From the NCBI GenBank assembly GCA_013001465.1, contig JABDMM010000076.1:97-64096 (forward strand): a DNA stretch of 64,000 nucleotides. Direction: 5' to 3'. This document shows positions 30,601 to 39,359 of this stretch, in pieces. The position numbers and the translations under genes were made by a program. Position 1 is the first letter of the stretch, and each line of letters starts with the position of its first letter. Below the pieces are notes generated by a model that was not told the origin of the DNA, made no database searches, and saw nothing but the letters and a program-made list of their open reading frames with translations. The DNA comes from Chitinophagales bacterium (GTDB taxonomy: Bacteria > Bacteroidota > Bacteroidia > Chitinophagales > JABDMM01).

Positions 30601-31095
30601 TTATTTGCTGACTTTGGAATTCATCCACTCTATCAACTCCTCGGAATGCCAGTCTATCCCATTTACTTTGGTCTTGATCACATCCTTATTCTTATCTAAG
30701 AAGTACACTGTCGGAATTGTATGAACACCTAATTCAGGGAGTTTACCGTTCAACTTATAGAAAGTCATAGCAAGATCTTTTCCAGATAAGAATCGGTTTT
30801 GTCTCACCAAGTCTTCATCGGAGACCATGATAAAAGTGACGTCTTTATCCTTGAACTCATTTACGATCTCATTTAAAATTGGAAGCTCTTGTCGGCATGG
30901 GCCACACCAGGTAGCCCAGAAATTCAGAACAACAAGTTCAGAATCTATATCACTGATTTTTACTTCCGATCCTGAAAGATCTGTTACAGAAAGTGATTTC
31001 AGATTAAGTTTTGGGGCGATCCGGTACTTTTTATATAAATAACCACTTAAAACGATGACAACGAGAACAAATATGATAGATAGTGCTGATTTCAT
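30601..31095 (-). CDS. TlpA-family thiol:disulfide oxidoreductase
   Basis: LNFWATWCGPC active site; N-terminal membrane anchor. Confidence 0.9.
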   Translation of the reverse strand: MKSALSIIFVLVVIVLSGYLYKKYRIAPKLNLKSLSVTDLSGSEVKISDIDSELVVLNFWATWCGPCRQELPILNEIVNEFKDKDVTFIMVSDEDLVRQNRFLSGKDLAMTFYKLNGKLPELGVHTIPTVYFLDKNKDVIKTKVNGIDWHSEELIEWMNSKVSK

Positions 31096-31155
31096 ACTCC
31101 AATATTCAACTAATTATAGGACTTATGTGTTAACAAATTGTAAAAGAAAGAAGCA

Positions 31156-32085
31156 ATGAAAAAGTTCAATTGGATATCCGCTGTTTCAATAACAGCGATT
31201 TTAGCGATAAGCACAATATTTATATCATTTAAGAACGGCCAATTAAGCACTGATCTGAGTGCCACATATCATCCGGAGAAAGAATTCAACGATTATTGGT
31301 ATCAGAATTCAGCTGAAATAACTCGTTTCGATCTGAAGCAAGCAAGATATGGAGAAATCCGTGATGGTGAAGCTGTCATGATATTTGTATCTGAACACCT
31401 TTCACCACAAGAACATATAAAAGCGTACAACAGGAACGGAAAAGATATTCCGGTACTTAAACTGAATTTCATGCGAAACTTTAAAACCGGGTTGTATCCA
31501 TATTCGGTTATGAGTTCCATATTCACACCCGTTGATATCAAATCGAATCCGCACTCATTGAGAAATACATTTAGTATGCAGGAGTGGTGTGGGCATGTAT
31601 TTTCGATGATCGATCTCGGTCAGCACGGATTATCTGCAAAACTGCATAGCTATTTTCCGAATGAAGGTGACAAAAGTGTTGAACTTGATAAGGCATTTCA
31701 GGAAGATGAGATCTGGAATACGATACGTATAGATCATTTGGTGTTGCCCATTGGTGAAATAAGTATTATTCCATCTATGCAACATTTGAGGTTTGCACAT
31801 CTCCCTATAGAGCAGTATACTGCAAATGCAAGTAAAACCTTAGAAGGTAATTCTCTAAAGTACACTGTTGATTACAAACAGTTAAATAGAAAATTTAGCG
31901 TTTGGTTTAAAAGTGAACATCCCTTCAGTATAATAAAATGGGAAGAAGAAGTTCGATCCGGATTTGGATCAGCAGCTAAGATCCTAAAAACTGAAGCGGT
32001 AGCTAAATCTACTAAAATGCTTCCTTACTGGACGAAGAACGCAAATTCTGACAGCTACCTGAGAGAAGAGATGGGATTTGAGTAA
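31156..32085 (+). CDS. Conserved exported hypothetical protein
   Basis: Signal-like N-terminus. Motifs YWYQ..AEI, QARYGE, VLKLN, TGLYPYS, QEWCG and YW..N resemble an uncharacterised Bacteroidetes family. Confidence 0.7.
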   Translation: MKKFNWISAVSITAILAISTIFISFKNGQLSTDLSATYHPEKEFNDYWYQNSAEITRFDLKQARYGEIRDGEAVMIFVSEHLSPQEHIKAYNRNGKDIPVLKLNFMRNFKTGLYPYSVMSSIFTPVDIKSNPHSLRNTFSMQEWCGHVFSMIDLGQHGLSAKLHSYFPNEGDKSVELDKAFQEDEIWNTIRIDHLVLPIGEISIIPSMQHLRFAHLPIEQYTANASKTLEGNSLKYTVDYKQLNRKFSVWFKSEHPFSIIKWEEEVRSGFGSAAKILKTEAVAKSTKMLPYWTKNANSDSYLREEMGFE

Positions 32086-32309
32086 TCATCATTCAAGAGT
32101 CAGAATTTCCTTTATATAAAATTTTGAGACAATATTTGCGTTTGATTAAAGGAAGAATCATTGGAAAACAGTAACTTGTAGGTATATATTAACAAAAACC
32201 AATAAATTATATATTCAACAAATATTTAAATTGATATAAGTCTGACATTAATATATTTGTTTTTAAATTATAAAAACATTATATTGAATAATAGAAATTT
32301 TAGAAATCC

Positions 32310-32726
32310 ATGCAATCCTTCGAATCAGATCTGAATAAAAAAAACCAGTTGATGCTGCTTCTCAAGCTAGCCAAGGAAGATAAGCTATTGGATAGCCGGG
32401 AGGAGAAGTTTATCATCGACATTGCTTTGAAAATGGGTCTGACTACTAAAGAGATCGATACTATTTTTGAAGAGCCGGAGAAGATGGAAATTCACATACC
32501 GAAAAGTGAGAAAGAGAGAATGACCTGCTTATATCATTTGCTTTTCCTCATGAAAATAGATGGAAACGTTAAGATAGACGAAAAGCGGCTTTGTAAGAAG
32601 CTTGGTTTTAAGTTAGGGATCAATCCTTTTTTAGTTGAAGAGTTGATGCAGGTCATCGACGAATATTCAGGAAAGATCGTACCACAAGGTGTTATGCTAG
32701 ATGCCGTAAAGAAGTATCTCAATTAA
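32310..32726 (+). CDS. TerB-family (tellurite resistance-like) protein
   Basis: Two helical repeats: LAKED..LD.RE..FI..IA..MG and LMKIDG.V...E..LC..LG. Confidence 0.75.
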   Translation: MQSFESDLNKKNQLMLLLKLAKEDKLLDSREEKFIIDIALKMGLTTKEIDTIFEEPEKMEIHIPKSEKERMTCLYHLLFLMKIDGNVKIDEKRLCKKLGFKLGINPFLVEELMQVIDEYSGKIVPQGVMLDAVKKYLN

Positions 32727-33166
32727 GGTTCCCATCCTTTCACAACTGTTATCGCAATTACCGAATACCGAAACAGTTTTCCAACAAACATATATACAAA
32801 GACAGGAAGGATTTTTACTTTGAAAAATCCCAGCATTAATATAAGTATATCACCTAGGATAGGTACCCATGATAACAGAGCACTGTAAGCTCCGTACTTA
32901 TCTAAATAAATTTTACTTTTTATCACTCTTTTCTCGTTCACCCCCATATACTTTTCAATCCATTTCCAATTTCCTGCTCTACCTATAAAATAGCTGGTAG
33001 TTCCTCCAAGAAAATTGCCAAAGGTGGCGACAGTTGTGCATAACACAGGATCAAAGCCATTCAGGATCAAAACACCAAATACTGCTTCAGACGCTAGTGG
33101 TAATACTGTAGCAGAAAGAAATGACGATAGAAACAGACCAAGATAGCCATAAGCGGCATAATCCAT
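32723..33166 (-). CDS. YqaA/DedA (VTT domain) membrane protein
   Basis: FLSATVLPLASE, GNFLGG, LLSWVPILGD and GKLFRY motifs. Confidence 0.88.
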   Translation of the reverse strand: MDYAAYGYLGLFLSSFLSATVLPLASEAVFGVLILNGFDPVLCTTVATFGNFLGGTTSYFIGRAGNWKWIEKYMGVNEKRVIKSKIYLDKYGAYSALLSWVPILGDILILMLGFFKVKILPVFVYMFVGKLFRYSVIAITVVKGWEP

Positions 33167-33251
33167 TCAACCTTTATTTATTGGTAATTGTAGGTAATTG
33201 ATCAGGAATTCCTGATCGAAGAGCAAAATACGGATTATCGTGTTAATTCGA

Positions 33252-33947
33252 TCAGGAGCCGAATACTTTTTCGAGTATCTCGCTAACTCTGTGAAGAGGG
33301 TCTTTTCTGATCTTTGCTTCCTCTTCGGCTACTAAAAAGAACAGACCGTCAAGGGCTTCATTCGTTGTATAATCAGCAAGATCTGTATTCACCGGTGTTA
33401 CAAATGGTATGGAATTATAAACAGTGATAACTTCATTCCAGGCTTGTTGGGCACCTACGGAGCTCAAGGCAGATTCAATATCAGGTTTGAAAGCAGTATA
33501 TAACTCCGTCTCTGTATTCGTTTGGAGAAATTGTGTCGCAGCATCATCCTGACCGTCAAGAATTGCAAAGGCATCTCCTATTGTTATTCCTAAAATGGCA
33601 TCTTTGAATATTGGACCTGCCTCACTTGCAGCGGTTTCAGCAGCTCTGTTCAATTTTAATATCAATTCATCAATTAAAAGGTTGCCACCCGGAACTGCAG
33701 ATACAACGGATTGAACCACTGCTGCTTCTTCCGGAAAAAATATCTTAATAGCTTGATTCTGATAATATCCGTCAGTCTTATTCGCCTGACTAACACTAGT
33801 GTCTGTACCTACACTCAAAGCTTCTTTCAGGCCTTGGACGACTTCTTGCTCGCTTAAACCTACATTTGGAAGAAGATCTTCACATGAAACTAAAATTGCT
33901 GAAAACGAAAGAATGGAAATGGAAAGTGCAATTATTCTGAGATTCAT
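33252..33947 (-). CDS. DUF4197 family lipoprotein
   Basis: Lipobox LVSC; GLKEAL..G, LNRAAE.A and EEAKIRKDP motifs. Likely start MNLRII at 33947. Confidence 0.88.
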   Translation of the reverse strand: MNLRIIALSISILSFSAILVSCEDLLPNVGLSEQEVVQGLKEALSVGTDTSVSQANKTDGYYQNQAIKIFFPEEAAVVQSVVSAVPGGNLLIDELILKLNRAAETAASEAGPIFKDAILGITIGDAFAILDGQDDAATQFLQTNTETELYTAFKPDIESALSSVGAQQAWNEVITVYNSIPFVTPVNTDLADYTTNEALDGLFFLVAEEEAKIRKDPLHRVSEILEKVFGS

Positions 33948-33970
33948 AATATTCTGTTTCTCTTTAGTTA

Positions 33971-33986
33971 ACAATATGTGTGCCAA
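33971..33986 (-). promoter_or_regulatory. Sigma54-like -24/-12 promoter upstream of the DUF4197 gene
   Basis: Minus strand TTGGCACACATATTGT versus consensus TGGCAC-N5-TTGC. Confidence 0.5.
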
Positions 33987-34003
33987 GAGGGGTAAAAATA
34001 AAG

Positions 34004-34069
34004 AAAAAAGGAGGCTGCCGGTATCACTTCACATAATCAACCCTTCATCAACCAGACCAAGCAACCTCC
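34004..34069 (-). terminator. Terminator-like stem with a 42-nt loop and U-tract
   Basis: ggaggttgc (34069-34061) pairs with gcagcctcc (34018-34010), followed by tttttt. Confidence 0.5.
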
Positions 34070-34186
34070 CCAATCACGGAATGTTTAATTGCATATTACT
34101 TTACGGCAGATTGCTCCGAAATGTTTGACTTTTTACAGAATAATCAAGCGCTTTACTAATAATATTTCAGATTGGGGATTGTCGAA
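34004..34186 (-). ncRNA. Candidate structured small RNA or leader (~180 nt)
   Basis: Upstream TAGCTTTG (34193-34200), a 9-bp long-range pair tccccaatc/gattgggga, and a closing stem ggaggttgc/gcagcctcc followed by T6. No convincing ORF. Confidence 0.35.
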
Positions 34187-34541
34187 TAAATACAAAGCTA
34201 ACCGTCTATAATTTACACATTATAGATTATCATATGCCAATATTAAATCTACATTTAAACTGGGATTCAGTTGTGCTTATTTTTTCAGCTCGGAAGTTTT
34301 TCCAAGATCTTTTGATCGTGTTTACAGAAATCTTTCCCTGAATTGCATCTGTTAGTAAAATACATGATAAAACTCCGGGATCAAGCCACCGTAATATGAG
34401 TTCTACAGAAAGTTGATACAGTTCGTATTTGTTTGTAAGCCGGTCCACAATGATTAAGGACAATTACCTTATAATAAAGCTATCGACTAGCTTCCCACAA
34501 AGAGAAAAATCATTAGAACAATTGTTTTGACATTTGCAACA

Positions 34542-35060
34542 TTACTCTAACTGATCATCAGAATAATTTGTCGTTATATCCTTATTCAAAATTAAAAAGT
34601 CCCATGGCCACCGATATGGATGCACTTTGAGCACCTTATTGCCACTCGAAGTATAGACAGAATTTCTTTTATTAACGTATCCAAATATTCCTTCCTTCAG
34701 ATTAAAAACATTTTGATTCCCTTTCGACCTTAAGTATTCTGTAGCCAAACCACTACGATATCCCACCGAACAATAGATTATCACTGTATCCTTAGGATTT
34801 ATCAAAACTGAATTCTGAGGTTCTTCTTCGCCAATCCATTCTGAATTCTTAATATGACTGACCTTAAACTCCTCGAACTTCCTGCAATCAAGAATAACTG
34901 GATTTTTTAGTTGTTGGAAATCTTCGATCGATATCGACATTTCCCTTCCCGGACAAACAAGCTGGACTGCTGCCATAGCTAATCCCGATGAAAGGAAGAT
35001 CTGAAACACCACATACAGAAAACATGACCACAGCACTAAATGAATCAGGACAATTCTCAA
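34542..35060 (-). CDS. Rhodanese-like domain protein (membrane-anchored)
   Basis: LDCR..EEF.VSHI, YCSVGYRS and VFNLKEGI motifs. Confidence 0.85.
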   Translation of the reverse strand: MRIVLIHLVLWSCFLYVVFQIFLSSGLAMAAVQLVCPGREMSISIEDFQQLKNPVILDCRKFEEFKVSHIKNSEWIGEEEPQNSVLINPKDTVIIYCSVGYRSGLATEYLRSKGNQNVFNLKEGIFGYVNKRNSVYTSSGNKVLKVHPYRWPWDFLILNKDITTNYSDDQLE

Positions 35061-35446
35061 TGAGCTTCATGAACTTTACTCCAGGAAACAAAACCTCCGC
35101 CAAGTTCTACGACATCGCAAAATCCACTTTCAATAGCGATATTACGAGCTGTAGTACTTCGATTTCCACTTCTGCAGTATACATAGAGTTGTTTGGAAGT
35201 GTCAAATTCAGAGATCTTTTTTTCAAAATCTCCATTGCTTACATCCCAATTCAGAGAACCTTCAATGTGGCCCTCATTAAACTCTTCCGCAGAACGCACA
35301 TCTACAAGGATAAAATCGGATGTACTGCTCATTTTTTCATCAAATGCAATGGGATCTACAACTTTATAACATTTATCAGATCCTTCTGTTGGAGATGATT
35401 GACATGCAACAAAAAACAGGCACCCTATCAGTATTAAAATTTTCAT
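35057..35446 (-). CDS. Rhodanese-like lipoprotein
   Basis: Lipobox FVAC; VDVRS.EEF..GHI, YCRSGNRS and LGGGF..W motifs. Likely start MKILI at 35446. Confidence 0.87.
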   Translation of the reverse strand: MKILILIGCLFFVACQSSPTEGSDKCYKVVDPIAFDEKMSSTSDFILVDVRSAEEFNEGHIEGSLNWDVSNGDFEKKISEFDTSKQLYVYCRSGNRSTTARNIAIESGFCDVVELGGGFVSWSKVHEAH

Positions 35447-35519
35447 AGCTTTTTTATTACGTTGGTATAAATTTAGTAGAATGTACCACAATGAGTAACT
35501 AAATTCTAAATTTATCTTT

Positions 35520-36404
35520 ATGAAATTCGGACATGCCGAGCAAGATGAACTTAAAAATGTTGACTTCTCACTTTCAGATGACAGACCTGAAACTACTCAA
35601 CTGCTAGCCAAACTTCCTAAGGAGATGAAGCAAAAGCTGTTTGTGGGGTGTGGTAAATGGGGAATTAAAGAATGGATAGGAGACATCTATCCTGAAGGCA
35701 CGAAGGAGAAAGATTTTCTAGTCTCATATAAAGACATATTTGATTCCATTGAGCTCAACAATACATTTTACCGGTTAAGTAGATCTGCAATTGAGTCATG
35801 GGCTGAAACTGTGAAAGGAAGTAGTTTTGAATTTTGTCCTAAGTGGTCCAGGCGTGTTAGCCATATGAAGCGACTTAATGATGCCGAAGAGAACACACAA
35901 TACTTCATCAATTCCTGCCTTCTTTTTGGAGACTCCTTGGGTTGCACCTTTCTTCAATTACCTGAAAACTTTGCTACGAAGAATTTCGAAAGGATAGAGC
36001 CATTTTTAAAATTGCTGCCGAAGGGTTTCCCTGTTCAAATTGAGCTGAGACATGCAGAATGGTTTGAAGAAAACATGTTCACTGAGATCGGTCAGCTCTT
36101 CGAAAAATATAATGTCGGATGGGTCATTACAGATACTGCCTTAAGAAGAGACGCAGTTCACCAAAGACTTACAAACGACACAGCTTTTATTCGCTTCAAC
36201 GGTTATAGTCTTCATGATAGTGATTACAAAAGAATGGATGCGTGGATTGAGAAGATCGGTGAATGGTTCGATCAAGGATTATCAAAATGTTATTTTTTCT
36301 GCCATCAGAAAGACGAAAAAAATTCACCAGCAACCTGCAGGTATTTTATCGAGAGAGCAAATGAAGAGCTGAATATGCAGCTCAAAGTTCCACCTAGTTA
36401 CTGA
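35520..36404 (+). CDS. DUF72 (YecE-like) protein
   Basis: VGCGKWG...W.G..YP, IELNNTFY, FLQLP and ELRH..WF motifs. Confidence 0.9.
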   Translation: MKFGHAEQDELKNVDFSLSDDRPETTQLLAKLPKEMKQKLFVGCGKWGIKEWIGDIYPEGTKEKDFLVSYKDIFDSIELNNTFYRLSRSAIESWAETVKGSSFEFCPKWSRRVSHMKRLNDAEENTQYFINSCLLFGDSLGCTFLQLPENFATKNFERIEPFLKLLPKGFPVQIELRHAEWFEENMFTEIGQLFEKYNVGWVITDTALRRDAVHQRLTNDTAFIRFNGYSLHDSDYKRMDAWIEKIGEWFDQGLSKCYFFCHQKDEKNSPATCRYFIERANEELNMQLKVPPSY

Positions 36405-37881
36405 AGCGGTATGCAGCGGTAAGCACTACATTGTTTTTGACTATTCTGTTTACCGAGACTGGAAAAACACCTGCTTCAAGGAAGTAAGGCACATAAAATT
36501 CATTCTGAATACTTCGAACATAAGCCGCATCGATAGAGAACTTTTCTTTTTTATATCCTAAACCGGCTGTAAAACTCTTTCTCGAAAAATTGATCTCATC
36601 GCTGAGTTCGAAAGCAAACGGACTTAACGTGTAAGCGTATCCAGCTCTAAAACGAATCGTTTTAAATACATATTCAGCTCCAATCCTAAATGTGGAATTG
36701 TTCCTATAGTTTGTATCTATTGCCGAGTTCAAGCTATTATTGAAGGATTCGTTTACCGCTCCAAAGTCATATTTTGAAGAAGATTGACCTACCATTTCAT
36801 AATCGAATGAGACAAATGCCGTTTTCTTAATGAAAAAACTGACTCCACTACTGAAACGCCAAGGTAATCTCAACAAATAGTCGAAACTCTGGTTGTAATC
36901 GCTTTCAAAACGAGAAGTGTCAAAATTGGAAACCATCGTACTCGATGTGCTTTCTGTAAAGGAGAAGTAGCTTGGAGTTGAGACTGATGCGCCAATACGC
37001 ATAAAGCTTACAGGCTTAGCAATGACCCCGAAGTTTGCATTAAACCCATTCCCTTCCGCTGTATATTCCTGTCTGAAATGAAATGATTCAAAGCCAATGC
37101 TGGTATTAAGTTCATCCGTTTCGATATAATCGTACTCCCTTTCATAACGCACAAAAGGGAAGTTAAAACTTCCGCCGAAATAGTACTTATTATCTACGTT
37201 GACGGCTAAAGCTATAAAAGCCATATCTGTAGAACCCTTTTCTTTCCAAAGTCCTTCTTGCTGAACTGGCAGCAAAATCGGTGTTATATAGTTACCGCTG
37301 GTATCGAATTCCTGAATGATATTCGTGTTGTATGCCAATACCGCTTCATGAAATACATTATCAAACGTGACGCTGCTTCCAGGCAAGCCATTGACAGAAT
37401 TGATATAAGCATTAGTAAGCGAACTGAAACCATTTTGGTTTTCAAATTTGAGCTTATTTGTAAAGTGATTCATACGGTTGTAGCCTAAAGCAAAGTTGTA
37501 GCCTTTCAGTTTCTCTTTGCTATCCTTATTAATTCTGGAAAAAACACCTCCAAGGTTATTAAAGTAGAATCTTTGTGAATTGCTGGTATTAAATTCTCCT
37601 GTAGTTTGTGGATCAGTTATGTACTCCGTTTCACTTTGAGTGACCATTATACTTGGCGATAAAACAAGCTCAGAAGATCTGAAAAGTCCAAGTCCGGCTG
37701 GATTGATAGTGATCGAGCCAATATCAGCACCCACAGAACCGAATGCACCGCCAACTCCCATTACACGAGCAGTTCCATTTACATCCCATTGAGAATACCT
37801 TAGCGCATCAAGGTCATATGAAGTCTGGGCAGATAAGGACATAGATGAGATCAATAAGAGCCCTAAGAAGATTCTTCTCAT
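36394..37881 (-). CDS. OmpP1/FadL-like outer-membrane beta-barrel protein
   Basis: Signal peptide; GTARVMGVGGAFGSVGAD...NPAGLG; C-terminal AAYRF. Confidence 0.85.
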   Translation of the reverse strand: MRRIFLGLLLISSMSLSAQTSYDLDALRYSQWDVNGTARVMGVGGAFGSVGADIGSITINPAGLGLFRSSELVLSPSIMVTQSETEYITDPQTTGEFNTSNSQRFYFNNLGGVFSRINKDSKEKLKGYNFALGYNRMNHFTNKLKFENQNGFSSLTNAYINSVNGLPGSSVTFDNVFHEAVLAYNTNIIQEFDTSGNYITPILLPVQQEGLWKEKGSTDMAFIALAVNVDNKYYFGGSFNFPFVRYEREYDYIETDELNTSIGFESFHFRQEYTAEGNGFNANFGVIAKPVSFMRIGASVSTPSYFSFTESTSSTMVSNFDTSRFESDYNQSFDYLLRLPWRFSSGVSFFIKKTAFVSFDYEMVGQSSSKYDFGAVNESFNNSLNSAIDTNYRNNSTFRIGAEYVFKTIRFRAGYAYTLSPFAFELSDEINFSRKSFTAGLGYKKEKFSIDAAYVRSIQNEFYVPYFLEAGVFPVSVNRIVKNNVVLTAAYRFSN

Positions 37882-37884
37882 CTA

Positions 37885-39270
37885 CTATAGTTTTCTCCCC
37901 AGATTAGCTAATGAATTACTCTCTCGTTTATCAGACTTTACAATTTTACCATTGTCCGAAGCTTTTGAATTCGATTTGAATTTCGAGTCTTTAGACGGCG
38001 GAGTAGATGGCTTTGAAGGCTTAGAAAAAGAAGGTTTACTTTGTCGAGGTGCCGGTGTATAAGATGGCTTGCTCGGCCTTGGAGCAGGTTTATACGAAGG
38101 AGCGCTCGGTTTTGGGGCTGGCGTATAAGTAGGAGCACTTGGTTTTGGTGCTGGTGTATAAGTAGGAGCACTTGGTTTTGGTGCTGGTGTATACGTTCGA
38201 TCAGCCGGTTTTGGTGCTGGCCTGTAAGTAGGTTCAGCAGGCTTCGGCGCAGTTTCATATGATGGTCGCGATGGCCTTTCTGCCGGTTTGTAATCCGGCT
38301 TATTGTTTTGCGGTGCAGGATTAAAACTTGGTGCACCGTTGCCTGGTCTAACTGCATCTTCAGATGTCCTGACTTTTGTTGGCTCAGGTCTGCTCTGATA
38401 AACAGGTTTATCAGTTGCAACACTATTTGTTGGTTTTGCGACGGGCTTATTTATTGTATTTCCTGAATTTGATACTTCTCTGGAAGGAACATCACCTTTA
38501 TAAAGCTTTACGTCTTTACTCGTTTTATCCTGGGAGTTTCTAACTGAAGATGGAGAGAACGTATTTGGGGAGTTTTGTCTCGGACCATAATACACATTAT
38601 TATTGTTGTACACGATCGTCTGGTTGCTATAGCCACCATATCCATAACTTGGTGGGCAATAACTGTTGTAATAAGGGTTACTATAATATCCACCATAATA
38701 TGAATTGTAATAACCGTCATTGTAACCATCCCAATAACCATTATTGTATCCGTTCCAGTAAGAACCGGCATAATACGGACTTCGAGCCCAATATGGTCTG
38801 TATCCTCTGTATCTATATGCTCTGTACCAAGGATTCCCCCATCCCCAACTTACATAAAATGACGGTGAAGGAGCATATGCAAAATATACAGAGTTGCTGT
38901 AGAAATAGGGATCGTAATTATAAAAATAGTAATCTGTATACCATGAATTGTAATAAGAAACACCTACCACAGGAGAATAATACCTTCTCAAACGAGATGA
39001 ATACGAGTAGTCATAATAGTAATTGTTAACTACAGTATTACCTTCATCATCATAACTTTCTTCGCTGTAGCTATAATCGTAATCACCAGATCTGTTCGCA
39101 TCCTCATATTGATTATCTTGCTCATCGTAAAATTGGTTCTCATAATCATTCCCTGTTTCTTGAAATGATTTATCGTAAGCAGGATCATAATAGACATCAT
39201 CGTAGGTTTGTGCTACAAGTAGATTAGATAGCATGAAGAGGGCAAAGGCGGAAAGTATAATTGATTTCAT
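37885..39270 (-). CDS. Secreted low-complexity Tyr/Gly/Asn-rich and Pro-rich protein
   Basis: Signal peptide, then DDVYY and YSSRLRRY motifs, a Y/N/G/W-rich middle and PAPKPSAPTYT repeats. Same strand as the FadL-like gene (3-bp gap) and divergent from proS. Confidence 0.8.
   Translation of the reverse strand: MKSIILSAFALFMLSNLLVAQTYDDVYYDPAYDKSFQETGNDYENQFYDEQDNQYEDANRSGDYDYSYSEESYDDEGNTVVNNYYYDYSYSSRLRRYYSPVVGVSYYNSWYTDYYFYNYDPYFYSNSVYFAYAPSPSFYVSWGWGNPWYRAYRYRGYRPYWARSPYYAGSYWNGYNNGYWDGYNDGYYNSYYGGYYSNPYYNSYCPPSYGYGGYSNQTIVYNNNNVYYGPRQNSPNTFSPSSVRNSQDKTSKDVKLYKGDVPSREVSNSGNTINKPVAKPTNSVATDKPVYQSRPEPTKVRTSEDAVRPGNGAPSFNPAPQNNKPDYKPAERPSRPSYETAPKPAEPTYRPAPKPADRTYTPAPKPSAPTYTPAPKPSAPTYTPAPKPSAPSYKPAPRPSKPSYTPAPRQSKPSFSKPSKPSTPPSKDSKFKSNSKASDNGKIVKSDKRESNSLANLGRKL
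38030..38285 (-). repeat. 33-bp coding tandem repeat (11-aa PAPKPSAPTYT-like unit, about 7-8 copies)
   Basis: Exact duplicate gtataagtaggagcacttggttttggtgctggt at 38123-38155 and 38156-38188, with degenerate flanking copies. Confidence 0.85.
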
Positions 39271-39332
39271 AACCGTGGATTTATAATTCTAAAGAATCTA
39301 TTTTCTAAATTTGTTCCATTCGATGATATTAT

Positions 39333-39348
39333 AGCAAAATATATACCA
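39333..39348 (-). promoter_or_regulatory. Sigma54-like promoter for the Tyr/Pro-rich protein and FadL-like operon
   Basis: Minus strand TGGTATATATTTTGCT has the canonical GG-N10-GC spacing. Confidence 0.5.
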
Positions 39349-39359
39349 AGTTACCAAAA

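Noticed and set aside
30601-30628. 28-bp overlap between the TlpA and YkgJ ORFs
   Set aside because: It disappears if the YkgJ gene starts at the internal ATG at 30598.
32086-32309. Very AT-rich 220-bp gap as a replication origin or foreign DNA
   Set aside because: No DnaA-box cluster or mobility genes were seen; it is consistent with an ordinary promoter region.
34230-34463. 77-aa minus-strand ORF in the long intergenic gap
   Set aside because: Non-ATG start and no recognisable features. It cannot be supported, although a small protein is not excluded.
37938-39029. Long alternative-frame and antisense ORFs (161 aa, 159 aa) over the Tyr/Pro-rich gene
   Set aside because: Explained by low-complexity repetitive codons that lack stops in other frames.
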